64,000 bases of DNA from a virus (lineage: Duplodnaviria > Caudoviricetes): the IMG/VR virus record IMGVR_UViG_3300042013_000018, positions 1 to 64,000 of that record. One strand, 5' to 3'. Positions 18,626 to 27,347 of this stretch are shown in pieces. The notes beneath the pieces are model-generated. The model had not been told where the DNA came from and ran no database searches. It worked only from the letters and a program-made list of their open reading frames with translations. How positions within the stretch are numbered: position 1 is the stretch's first letter; every line of letters starts with the position of its first letter. Made by a program: the position numbers and the translations under genes.

Positions 18626-18663
18626 AGCCACCTTAGCCTGAAAGCTTTGGTGGCTTTTCTTTT
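18626..18663 (+). terminator. rho-independent terminator after nrdA
   Basis: AGCCACC...GGTGGCT stem followed by TTTCTTTT. Confidence 0.75.
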
Positions 18664-18674
18664 GGAAATTATTT

Positions 18675-18809
18675 ATGAAACCTTATGGCACATGCACAAA
18701 ATGTCTGTCACAATGGACACCAAAGAAATACTGGAACTCCAAATACCTTATCTGGTACAATGGATGCTCGGAGTGTAAGAACTTATCTTATTGGAGTCGT
18801 GGAAAATGA
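18675..18809 (+). CDS. small Zn-finger-like protein (44 aa, not in ORF track)
   Basis: MKPYGTCTKC...GCSECKN...; ATGA overlap with next gene; first ORF after promoter. Confidence 0.55.
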   Translation: MKPYGTCTKCLSQWTPKKYWNSKYLIWYNGCSECKNLSYWSRGK

Positions 18810-18994
18810 AAACGTTTGAAATCATATATTCGTCTGAGTATAATGGCAAAGACTTTGAACACTTTGTAGCGGGCTTGAAGGCTGAGCATATCAGTGCTGA
18901 CAATACACACCAAGCATGCTTTGAATTTGGCAAGGATATGGCCTATACTGATATGACAATTGAGATCCTCAAAGTTACGGAGATAGGGGAATGA
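18806..18994 (+). CDS. hypothetical phage protein
   Basis: ATG 18806 after GGAG. Confidence 0.7.
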   Translation: MKTFEIIYSSEYNGKDFEHFVAGLKAEHISADNTHQACFEFGKDMAYTDMTIEILKVTEIGE

Positions 18995-19362
18995 GCACTG
19001 AACGAATCAAAGCTGTGATTGAACAGTACCAAGAACGCCTTCGTGGCAACATCATGGAAGATGGCCGTACGCGTTGGGAATACTACAACGTACAGCGTCG
19101 TATTGCACAAGCTGCCTATAACTACAATGGATATATTGTAACAGGCACACGTCACAGCTGCCCAATCATGGAAATGCAGATTATGATGATCAAGGATGAA
19201 TTGTTTGAGTGGTGTGGTTTAGAGAAGATGGTGCAAGGATTTACAGATCAGTTTGGTAACTTCCTAACACGTAAAGAAGCCCACCCGATTGCATTGGCTG
19301 CTGGTCAGATTATTCGTGAGGATACTTGTCCCGGAACCCTTTACTCGGAGTGTTATATCTAA
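18991..19362 (+). CDS. conserved hypothetical phage protein
   Basis: 123 aa; IAQAA..GTRH.CPIM..QGFTDQFGNFLTRKEA..A..AGQ..LYSEC widespread phage pattern. Confidence 0.8.
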   Translation: MSTERIKAVIEQYQERLRGNIMEDGRTRWEYYNVQRRIAQAAYNYNGYIVTGTRHSCPIMEMQIMMIKDELFEWCGLEKMVQGFTDQFGNFLTRKEAHPIALAAGQIIREDTCPGTLYSECYI

Positions 19363-19363
19363 A

Positions 19364-19654
19364 GTGAACTACAATGAGCGCTGCCGATCAGACTTCAAAG
19401 TAAACCCCTCGTCCAGCATCGCTTGGTATCTTCTTTCATCTTATTGCTACTATAAACTAAATGAATCCTTGCTCTCAGATGAAGTCTTTGATAAGATGTG
19501 TAAATGGATGCTAGACAACTGGGACAATATTTCTCACAGACACAAGCACCTTGTTGACAAAGAATCCTTGACAGCAGGTACAGGCTTCGATGTAGAATTC
19601 AATAGGTTTCCTCAAGGGTTGTTGAGGGTCATCACTAAATTAATTGGAGATTAA
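19364..19654 (+). CDS. stand-alone NAD+-dependent DNA ligase subdomain Ia-like protein
   Basis: SSYCYYKLNESLLSDEVFDKMC resembles LigA Ia YY..D.P.I.D.EYD.L; GTG 19364 after GGAG. Confidence 0.65.
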   Translation: MNYNERCRSDFKVNPSSSIAWYLLSSYCYYKLNESLLSDEVFDKMCKWMLDNWDNISHRHKHLVDKESLTAGTGFDVEFNRFPQGLLRVITKLIGD

Positions 19655-19656
19655 TA

Positions 19657-19851
19657 ATGTACATCCACACAAATAACTTGATTGGCAGCAAAAATAAAAA
19701 TACAATTTTTAACCTGACTAACGTCCGAACAGTATACCTTGGAGGCGAGTCTATCCCTGCAATTTATCTTGAATACGCAGAGACGCTTGAGACAATTTAT
19801 TTTGACTCTTATGACGATGCTGTTGTGGCTTTCCAAAGCCTTGGAGTTTGA
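19657..19851 (+). CDS. hypothetical phage protein
   Basis: 64 aa, GGAG RBS. Confidence 0.7.
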   Translation: MYIHTNNLIGSKNKNTIFNLTNVRTVYLGGESIPAIYLEYAETLETIYFDSYDDAVVAFQSLGV

Positions 19852-19852
19852 A

Positions 19853-20068
19853 ATGACAACCAACGACACCCTAATCCACATCCGTTCACTATTCCCACTA
19901 ATCACTACACAACTCACCCCTACAATGATGATGTTTAATGCAGGCTGTACTACTGGAGAAATTAGCATGGCTTTTAAGCAGCATGTGATTAACCCAGAAG
20001 ATTACACTTTACTTAACGAGGAAGTGAGAGAAATGATGAATGAGTGGCATACTAAACATGGTAAATAA
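19853..20068 (+). CDS. hypothetical phage protein
   Basis: ATG 19853 after GGAG. Confidence 0.7.
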   Translation: MTTNDTLIHIRSLFPLITTQLTPTMMMFNAGCTTGEISMAFKQHVINPEDYTLLNEEVREMMNEWHTKHGK

Positions 20069-20115
20069 TTATGACATCTCTCAATAGCCTCCTAGGATTA
20101 ACAGAGGAATATAGC

Positions 20116-20496
20116 ATGAAATATATAAACAAACAATTTCTGAATGACTCAGCAGATGAGACAGGATTTATTGTAGTGAAGGCTACAAGTGAACGTTATG
20201 AAGACTTGACACGTTATTATGCAGAGCATCCTTCTTGTGATGCTGAAGTGCAGATTGGTGATTGTTCTAAGAAGATTTACCTTGACTGTTCTATTCACAA
20301 AGAGGCTGACCTTAAGAAACGTACAGATAAGATTAATGTCTTGATTGATAATCTTGTCGGTCTTAGAGATATACTTCCTGTTATCTGGGCAGATGCTGTG
20401 CTACAATCTACACTGTGGCTTGAAGAGAATAAAGATGTAGAGGAGGAAGAAATGGAGATTGTCCCACTTAACACTACAGGATTGAGAACACTATGA
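20116..20496 (+). CDS. hypothetical phage protein
   Basis: ATG 20116 after AGAGGA within ORF 20071..20496. Confidence 0.75.
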   Translation: MKYINKQFLNDSADETGFIVVKATSERYEDLTRYYAEHPSCDAEVQIGDCSKKIYLDCSIHKEADLKKRTDKINVLIDNLVGLRDILPVIWADAVLQSTLWLEENKDVEEEEMEIVPLNTTGLRTL

Positions 20497-20708
20497 AATC
20501 TAACCCACTAATTGACCTACTCGCTACAGCTGTAGTATTGGCTGCTGTCCTTATAGGTGGCTATTACTATCTCAGTTGGAAGCGTGACCAACAGAATGCT
20601 CCTGTCAAGGTTGTGCAGACACAGGTTAGTAAGCCTGTAGGTACATATAAACAGAATGCTGTGATGGATAAGCAATCTTTCGAATTCTTGGTTAAGCACA
20701 CGGAGTGA
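20493..20708 (+). CDS. membrane-anchored hypothetical protein
   Basis: N-terminal TM LLATAVVLAAVLIGGYYYL. Confidence 0.7.
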   Translation: MKSNPLIDLLATAVVLAAVLIGGYYYLSWKRDQQNAPVKVVQTQVSKPVGTYKQNAVMDKQSFEFLVKHTE

Positions 20709-20727
20709 CTTTATTTTAAACACAAAG

Positions 20728-20760
20728 AAGCCCGCTCTCTCACGAGGCGGGCTTTAGTTT
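20728..20760. terminator. bidirectional rho-independent terminator
   Basis: AAGCCCGC...GCGGGCTT stem with A-rich and T-rich flanks between convergent gene blocks. Confidence 0.85.
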
Positions 20761-20820
20761 TGAGAAGAGCAAACGGCGATAAGCTCTTTATTGTCCTATG
20801 GGACTTCTTATATTTATTCT

Positions 20821-21186
20821 TTATGGTAAGGTAGTTGGAACGTTAAGAACAGCATTAGATTGATTATTATTTATGTTGACAACACGACTATTCCTTTTAT
20901 CTTCTACTTCCAACTTCTGTATCCTTTGTTCTATTACAGACAGCCTGCCACTTGTACCAACTTGATAGTTGTCTTGGTTCTCTGCAAGCCTATTAATACG
21001 ACTTTCAAAGTAATCTACATTATTACTAATTGCTTTCAGTGAATCTTGCTTGACACCCGCAATACTTTGAATCAAGGCATCACTGATATTTTCAGCCTTT
21101 GTGTTGTTAAATAGGATAGTGATCATCAGAATGAGGGACATAAGGATCAGCAGATTAATAACTCTTTCAATCACCTTCCAAAACAT
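20821..21186 (-). CDS. membrane-anchored coiled-coil protein at end of lysis cassette
   Basis: N-terminal TM then heptad-rich region; RBS AGGGAG. Confidence 0.75.
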   Translation of the reverse strand: MFWKVIERVINLLILMSLILMITILFNNTKAENISDALIQSIAGVKQDSLKAISNNVDYFESRINRLAENQDNYQVGTSGRLSVIEQRIQKLEVEDKRNSRVVNINNNQSNAVLNVPTTLP

Positions 21187-21195
21187 GCAGTCTCC

Positions 21196-21504
21196 CTACT
21201 TCTTTAGCTTGCCAAAGTACAACTCAAGCCTGTCCAGAATATCTTGTTTATCTGAAACAGACTGTTGCCTCAGGTTGCTGAACATCGCATCCATCTTTGT
21301 GTTGATCCCACTTACAGCATCTTTCAAATCTTCCTTGTTCACCTTGTTCATCTGCATAACCATAACTTTATCTTCAAGCGCCTTGAAGTCTGTACGCTGT
21401 TGTTGATACGTCATGAATAGTGCAGTAACAATCAAGGAAAGAAGTGCAAGGCTAAGGCGTTCCCACAGGTTACTAAACTTGACATTCACTTCATTATTTG
21501 TCAT
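21196..21504 (-). CDS. membrane-anchored coiled-coil protein (XhlA/holin-accessory-like)
   Basis: Single TM LSLALLSLIVTALFM followed by coiled coil; RBS GGAG. Confidence 0.7.
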   Translation of the reverse strand: MTNNEVNVKFSNLWERLSLALLSLIVTALFMTYQQQRTDFKALEDKVMVMQMNKVNKEDLKDAVSGINTKMDAMFSNLRQQSVSDKQDILDRLELYFGKLKK

Positions 21505-21775
21505 TTTTGTAAAGCTCCATCTTCCGCACTTTATTATCCCTAATAGCTTTCATCTGGTTTTTATACTTAGTGATGCAGCTAGTATTTTTATTATAACCAA
21601 TAGCCAACTCAATCAAACTCTCACCAGCAGGGACAGCTTTACATGGATCAGTTAACAAGCTGTCCGGTGGATACACAACTTGCGTCTGTTGGCTCTGCAC
21701 TACAGAAGGACTTGTGGAGCAGCCCGAGGATAGTAGGACTGAGCAAACCATCGTCAGGCAAATAAATAGTTTCAT
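21494..21775 (-). CDS. o-spanin (Rz1-like lipoprotein)
   Basis: Signal peptide + lipobox LLSSG|C, Pro-rich YPPDSLLTDPC; overlaps i-spanin. Confidence 0.85.
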   Translation of the reverse strand: MKLFICLTMVCSVLLSSGCSTSPSVVQSQQTQVVYPPDSLLTDPCKAVPAGESLIELAIGYNKNTSCITKYKNQMKAIRDNKVRKMELYKNDK

Positions 21776-22118
21776 TATTTGGTTTCTCTTTGGTACGTTG
21801 CACAGTAGCCTGTACAGAGGTTTTCTTTGCGGAGGAATAAGACTGAAGGTCAGTTGAAATGGCGTCTGAATACTCTTGAACAAAAATGTTTGAAGCATTC
21901 AACTCAACCACAGAAGCATCATCTGTTTTACAAGACAATTCCTTTAAGTTAAGGGACTTTTGCATGTCTGTGTTGACGTTGATGGCTACGACTAGTGCTG
22001 ACTCAGCTTCAACCTTAGCCCTATAATTATGCACAGATAACCAGCCAAGTGATGCCGTTGACGCTGCCAAACCAAGAATGATATACAAAGAGATGCTAGA
22101 GAATATACCACTAAACAT
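21648..22118 (-). CDS. i-spanin (Rz-like)
   Basis: N-terminal TM, periplasmic coiled coil, C-terminal Cys; overlaps o-spanin. Confidence 0.8.
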   Translation of the reverse strand: MFSGIFSSISLYIILGLAASTASLGWLSVHNYRAKVEAESALVVAINVNTDMQKSLNLKELSCKTDDASVVELNASNIFVQEYSDAISTDLQSYSSAKKTSVQATVQRTKEKPNNETIYLPDDGLLSPTILGLLHKSFCSAEPTDASCVSTGQLVN

Positions 22119-22494
22119 TTGGTGGTCCCTCTTGTGGCCTATCCCCTACAACAATGTCACCTGTGACTGGATCATATGTCCACAATTTACGCTGCTTGAT
22201 AAATCTAAAGAAGATACCAGATGCGTTGAGGCCAAACATAATCAAGCCATACGTTTGTACAGTCATGGTTGGCTCAAGCAACCCCATGAACGGGAGGATC
22301 TGCTCAATGAATGTCAACAGAACAGATGCAACGTAACACCAGAAACTCCAAGTCTTGAGAACTTTACGCCAGTTAGGAACCACTGTAAGTTTCTTTGGGG
22401 AACTTGATACTGTAGATGTGATTGTTGCTTCAACAGCCGTATCCTTGGTTAAGGGTTCTTGAAGAGGAACCTCACTCTTTACTGAATCTGTCAT
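22111..22494 (-). CDS. holin (putative)
   Basis: KLTVVPNWRKVLKTWSFW + two TM helices; between endolysin and spanins. Confidence 0.75.
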   Translation of the reverse strand: MTDSVKSEVPLQEPLTKDTAVEATITSTVSSSPKKLTVVPNWRKVLKTWSFWCYVASVLLTFIEQILPFMGLLEPTMTVQTYGLIMFGLNASGIFFRFIKQRKLWTYDPVTGDIVVGDRPQEGPPNV

Positions 22495-23056
22495 AGGCTG
22501 CCTTCAATTTAACATCGTAGGAATTTTTAGCATACGATGGGCCGTTGTAAGCAAGCGCTACAGCTTTCCAGTCTTTTGCTTTTAGTGCTTTGAGAACTTT
22601 TGGACTAGCTTTAACAAATCGGATAAACATATCAAGTTGTCCATCTTCTGTGTAAGCTGCATTCACCAACTCTTGAACTGAAGCATAACCAAGAGCTTTG
22701 TGATGAAAACCCATAACTTGATAAGCACCCCAAGAAGCACTTTCCAAAGCTGTTACACGATCAATTTCTACAGCCCTAGCAAGACGCTCATGCTCAGCAA
22801 TCCCACCTTTGTATCCACCGGGAGAGGAGTTCACAATATCAGGATACTTAGCCATCAAATCAGCAGACTTCAAAGGGGTATTGTCACGTAGACGCTTGAA
22901 CATGATATGACGTTCAAAGAGAATCTTTGGGACTTGTTTACCAGAGACAGGATCTGTGATGAAGCCACTACCATTACTCTCTACTGAAGCAATTGCTTTC
23001 ACAGCAGCCTCTTCAACACCAAGTGTTTGAGCAGCCTTCTTATAGTCAATCATCAA
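22472..23056 (-). CDS. endolysin, N-acetylmuramidase (DUF3380 family)
   Basis: AIASVES.G.G, ILFERHIM, ESASWGAYQVMGF, YNGPSY..NSYD.KL. Confidence 0.9.
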   Translation of the reverse strand: MMIDYKKAAQTLGVEEAAVKAIASVESNGSGFITDPVSGKQVPKILFERHIMFKRLRDNTPLKSADLMAKYPDIVNSSPGGYKGGIAEHERLARAVEIDRVTALESASWGAYQVMGFHHKALGYASVQELVNAAYTEDGQLDMFIRFVKASPKVLKALKAKDWKAVALAYNGPSYAKNSYDVKLKAAYDRFSKE

Positions 23057-24192
23057 AGATTATCCTTCACAATCTTGTTCACACCTTGACCGTCATCCCT
23101 AAGCCCTTGAATCGTATTGCTTTGAAAGATGTTCTGTGTGATGATATATTTATTACTGGTGCCATAGTTAACCAACAAACCAAACCCTTGTTGTCCAGCA
23201 AACAACCCATTCTTGAATGTGCAATTACTCACAGTGAAGTTGGAAGCGTTAGGCCATACAGACAATCCATGCCACTGACCAGCAAATCCTGAATAGGAGT
23301 TCGACTCAAACCTACAGCAACTAAAACGTGTGTTTAGATTGGTGTTTTTAAGAGTTGCCCCATGTCCACCATTATTAGCAAAGGTGCAGTTAACAAAATC
23401 ATTATCCGTACTGTTACCAATAGTCATACCCTCAAACCCACTACCTACACGACCACCAGAGAACCAGCAGTTAGTAAAAGCATTCATACGAGAACGTTCT
23501 AGACTTACACAAGACTCGTATGAGGAATCAAAGCAGATGTTAGTGAAAGCACTGTAATTCATTCCCCAAGAAGATCCTTCACATTGAAGTGAGTGCCTAC
23601 CTGAAAGAATATCACCATTGGAAGCTAGAATTGCATCAGAACCGTTAGTGGCATAGACACAGGAAAGCTTGCCATATTGACTACCAACACTTGCTTGGAT
23701 AAGAAAGTTGGTCATATACACATCAATCCAATGATCAATATAAATACCCGCCTGACTGAAAGTCTCAATCTGGAAGTTATCTAGCATTGCAATTGAACTG
23801 TTATCAAGGAAGACAGCAATAGAGGTGTTGTACACTCTAAATCGGCTTAGACTGCAAGTGTGACCTTTTACATAGATACCAATAGAGGCCCAGTCCTCAG
23901 GAGTGTATCCCCAAAAACTAACATGTAGATTGTCCACACCACAATGATTTCCTGTGATATTAATAATCTTCACGCCTTGAGTCCTACCATATATCTTTGA
24001 AGCTGTCCAACCACTGCCAACTAATTTGATACCCTCTGAAGGGACATTGACAGTGCTGACACTATAAGTCCCTTCAGGGAAAAATACAGATCCGCCTGTC
24101 AAAGCTAAGGAGTTGATTGCATTCTGGATACACACAGTATCATCATAAACACCATCCCCTTGGGCACCAAAATCTTTTACATTAATAGTCAT
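23053..24192 (-). CDS. right-handed beta-helix (pectate lyase-like) depolymerase / tailspike-like protein
   Basis: INVKDFGAQGDGVYDDT..IQNAIN..FFPEGTY; repeated FTNC.F / N..F beta-helix rungs. Confidence 0.85.
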   Translation of the reverse strand: MTINVKDFGAQGDGVYDDTVCIQNAINSLALTGGSVFFPEGTYSVSTVNVPSEGIKLVGSGWTASKIYGRTQGVKIINITGNHCGVDNLHVSFWGYTPEDWASIGIYVKGHTCSLSRFRVYNTSIAVFLDNSSIAMLDNFQIETFSQAGIYIDHWIDVYMTNFLIQASVGSQYGKLSCVYATNGSDAILASNGDILSGRHSLQCEGSSWGMNYSAFTNICFDSSYESCVSLERSRMNAFTNCWFSGGRVGSGFEGMTIGNSTDNDFVNCTFANNGGHGATLKNTNLNTRFSCCRFESNSYSGFAGQWHGLSVWPNASNFTVSNCTFKNGLFAGQQGFGLLVNYGTSNKYIITQNIFQSNTIQGLRDDGQGVNKIVKDNL

Positions 24193-24740
24193 TCTTTCAC
24201 CAGTTTAAAATTTTGGATACCCTTCTCAATCTCAAGAAGATAAGTTAGGTCTTGACAATCCTCTATTAACTTTGACGATTGTCTATCCCAAGAAAACCAG
24301 AGTTGTTCATCCTTGTTCAATCTCTTAAGAGCATCTTTCAATTGACTGAGAGTCAAAGACTCCCACACTCTATTAGAATGCAGGAAGTCTACAGACTTTA
24401 TAGTTTTATCTAAAGAAAGAGTTTGTAGGGCTTTGGATAAACCTTGAAAATCTTTTTCGAAATATGAACAATTGACTTTTCTTTTAAGACGAACTCTAGA
24501 GACAAGTTCCGATTTAAAGATGGTTAACAAGAAATCAATACTAATCTCTTGCATCCAAGCTTCGGCTTCAAAGTCCTCGTCAGCTACTCCATAAAATACA
24601 GGCACACCACTAGAAGATTCAGATTCAATAGAAAACAAGAGTGTCAAACCAAGAGGCATATCTGGCCCTCTCTTAGCTGGCTCAACCATTACTGGTATTC
24701 TTGTTGCAACATCTACTAGGGTGTACTTGTAATATTTCAT
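24189..24740 (-). CDS. tail fibre-associated protein (putative assembly chaperone)
   Basis: 183 aa directly after fibre gene. Confidence 0.55.
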   Translation of the reverse strand: MKYYKYTLVDVATRIPVMVEPAKRGPDMPLGLTLLFSIESESSSGVPVFYGVADEDFEAEAWMQEISIDFLLTIFKSELVSRVRLKRKVNCSYFEKDFQGLSKALQTLSLDKTIKSVDFLHSNRVWESLTLSQLKDALKRLNKDEQLWFSWDRQSSKLIEDCQDLTYLLEIEKGIQNFKLVKE

Positions 24741-24748
24741 AGAGTCTC

Positions 24749-26863
24749 TTAGGTTGGTATAGCTACACGTCGAACGGCCCTTGCAACAAAAGATCCGTTA
24801 GAAGTTGATACGATATAGGAACTATCATTACCATTATCAAAAGTCCAAGCAAAGGCTGATGCTTGTCCTTTGCTTCCATCCATTGTGGAGGTCCAGTAGT
24901 TTAACGGCTCAAATGCTTCTGCCTGCCCTAGGCGGAACGCCGCAACAGATGTGACTGCCGGGTTGTCTGATGTGTATCTATTGCCTGCTGGCACAGAGTC
25001 TGGGTTTACACCATACACTGACAAGTTTGGGGTTGTTGTTGGCTTTAGATACCGATAGCAAATCTCTAGCTCGTTATTCGCTGGCAAATACCAGTCTGTG
25101 TAACCATTAATACTTAATGTATCACAGAATTGAGCGGCGGGGCTTGTGCTTGGGTATGCGGTAAGGATAGTGTTTTGGTTACTTAGACCATCATTCTGTG
25201 TTGTAATGAGGGATGTTGGTGATGTAGACCGGAAAGGTAACCCCTCTGATTGACCGCCCTGAGACTTAGGTGCGACAATCAGCGCATACTGGACAGCACC
25301 AACTGTAATATTAGCCCCGGCATAGTAGCCACCACCGTAAGGAAGCCCAGCTGATGCCGGAGTAAATACGAAGAAGATAACCTTGGTTGTAAAGGTGTAC
25401 TCACCCCATCCACTCTTACCAAGTGATGCACCGGCTTGACGTACTCTCGCTTTATACTGGGTATTCTCAAGAAGGAGGCTTGGAGGGACAGTGATAGAAA
25501 CTTTATTAGTAGTATTACCCAGCGATTGCCAGACCAAACTTCCATCACTAACCTTCACTATTTGCCAGTCTGTTGATACATGGGTATCTGTACCTCCAAA
25601 CACAGCAAAGGGGGGGGTCGAAATGACTGGAGTCTCCCCTACGTCGGTCGGGCCTCCTGTGACACTTACTGTAGGAGTAACAACATATTGATTGGTTGTA
25701 GTAAAGGAAAGGGTGACACTCCAAGCGCTGTTACCAATCACCACACCTGTGTACCGAACACGAGCGTAGTAAACAGTGCCAATGGTCAAGACCCCAGATG
25801 GGACTTGAATGTTTGTTTTGTTTACAGTATCTACACCGGAATCAAATACAATGGTAGTAAAACCAGAATCTGTGGCAACTTGCCATTGACTTGACTGGTG
25901 AGTGTCCTGTCCAGCCGGGGCGGTGGTGAAAGCAGTGGCTGAAAGTGTAGGGGAAAGCTCAACATTAGCTTGACCACTCGTTGGGTAAAGAATAGTTGGT
26001 ATTACAACACTCTGAGCACCAACAGCAATAACAAAGTAAGAAGGCGTCCCATCTTTAATTACAGTGAGGGTAATCTGAGGTACAGTGGTCGGGTTTGGGA
26101 TCACCAGACTGATTGACTCATTGGTGCGTGTTGCTGTACCAACAGAACTAGATACAGAATAGATACTAAACGAATTATAGTCTGTAATAGTATAGGTGGC
26201 AGTGGTGCCTTGGGTAACAATAGTCAGACCCGAAAGAGATACATCTTCTCCACTACCGTTGCCACTACTAACATCTACCCAGCCGTTGGAAGTGTAAACA
26301 TAGGTATTTTTATTAACAGTTTGTAGTGTTACATTAACCCCATTAATAACTGCTGTTGCGGTAATATTGGGATTTTTAGCAATAACGATTGCATCCCCAA
26401 CATTAGCAGTTAAGGGGAAGGTTACAGTAAGCGGAAGGTTTAGGTAGTAGCTACGATTTACAAGAGCTGTAAAGTCACTGGAAAATACCTCATAACCACT
26501 GTAGCGTTTACCGCCAGCATAACCATTTACTGTTACAAAAGCCTGCTCCCAATAAACTTCAGCAGTATCCTCTACAGGATCAATACCCCTACTAAGTGCT
26601 TTAGAGATATAAATTGTACCGTTGCTGCCAGCTGTATAGCTCTTGTTGGCTTGATATTCAGTCTGGTCATCCCACACAGGTAGGCCGTGCTGATTGACGT
26701 GAGCGTTAAACTGGTCTTGACGGTTATCCAACCAATTGAAATTTTGACGAGTGGGGATCTCCGGTAACCAACCCTCCTGAATCTTATCGTCAGATGGTTT
26801 AATCTTGTCCCCACCATCGGCCCAGATCGTATTAAGGCTCGTAGGTTTTGGAATATCAGGCAT
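24749..26863 (-). CDS. tail fibre with FN3/Ig-like repeats and C-terminal DUF1566/CLec-like domain
   Basis: N-term IWADGG..GW..EIP.RQ.FNWL baseplate-anchor; H.S..WQ...YYARVRY repeats; WYLP..NEL..YWTST..AW.F..G..RAVRR. Confidence 0.85.
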   Translation of the reverse strand: MPDIPKPTSLNTIWADGGDKIKPSDDKIQEGWLPEIPTRQNFNWLDNRQDQFNAHVNQHGLPVWDDQTEYQANKSYTAGSNGTIYISKALSRGIDPVEDTAEVYWEQAFVTVNGYAGGKRYSGYEVFSSDFTALVNRSYYLNLPLTVTFPLTANVGDAIVIAKNPNITATAVINGVNVTLQTVNKNTYVYTSNGWVDVSSGNGSGEDVSLSGLTIVTQGTTATYTITDYNSFSIYSVSSSVGTATRTNESISLVIPNPTTVPQITLTVIKDGTPSYFVIAVGAQSVVIPTILYPTSGQANVELSPTLSATAFTTAPAGQDTHQSSQWQVATDSGFTTIVFDSGVDTVNKTNIQVPSGVLTIGTVYYARVRYTGVVIGNSAWSVTLSFTTTNQYVVTPTVSVTGGPTDVGETPVISTPPFAVFGGTDTHVSTDWQIVKVSDGSLVWQSLGNTTNKVSITVPPSLLLENTQYKARVRQAGASLGKSGWGEYTFTTKVIFFVFTPASAGLPYGGGYYAGANITVGAVQYALIVAPKSQGGQSEGLPFRSTSPTSLITTQNDGLSNQNTILTAYPSTSPAAQFCDTLSINGYTDWYLPANNELEICYRYLKPTTTPNLSVYGVNPDSVPAGNRYTSDNPAVTSVAAFRLGQAEAFEPLNYWTSTMDGSKGQASAFAWTFDNGNDSSYIVSTSNGSFVARAVRRVAIPT

Positions 26864-26885
26864 AATCTCTTATCCTTTAAAATTA

Positions 26886-27347
26886 TTAGGAGAGGCTGGC
26901 TGAAATTACAGCTGAAGACATCTCGTTAGTGTACGGGTTTGGGGTGATTGGCCAGACTACAGCACTCGCCCACCCCGCTTGCAAAACTACTTTGTTCAAA
27001 TTGATGCGGTATTTTTTCCAAGCTGTTATTTGTACAGCGCGGCTAGGCAGTTCTTCAGCCCAGCCCGGTTCATCCTCTCCAATCTCAATAGCATCATTAA
27101 TCATGTCGATGCGACCTTGGATAGCAGTGATCTGCGCATTCGCTTGTCTCAGGAAGGCGTTAAGTTTTTCAGTGTTAACAGCCACCCAATCTATCGGGGT
27201 TGGTGGTGGGCTAATAAACTCTCCATTGCTATATAAATAACCCGGAACCACATCGCTTGGCCCCTCGATGAAACCCTCTTCCCAATAAGGCTGCTTTTGT
27301 ACAACTACACCATCTACAATCAAAAAATACCAAATTTCATCGCTCAT
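26886..27347 (-). CDS. tail fibre assembly chaperone
   Basis: AWKKYRINLNKV...GW..AVVWP..P Tfa-like C-terminus; ATGA overlap. Confidence 0.75.
   Translation of the reverse strand: MSDEIWYFLIVDGVVVQKQPYWEEGFIEGPSDVVPGYLYSNGEFISPPPTPIDWVAVNTEKLNAFLRQANAQITAIQGRIDMINDAIEIGEDEPGWAEELPSRAVQITAWKKYRINLNKVVLQAGWASAVVWPITPNPYTNEMSSAVISASLS

Noticed and set aside
24749-24960. Diversity-generating retroelement for the CLec fibre tip
   Set aside because: No template repeat copy and no reverse transcriptase in the window
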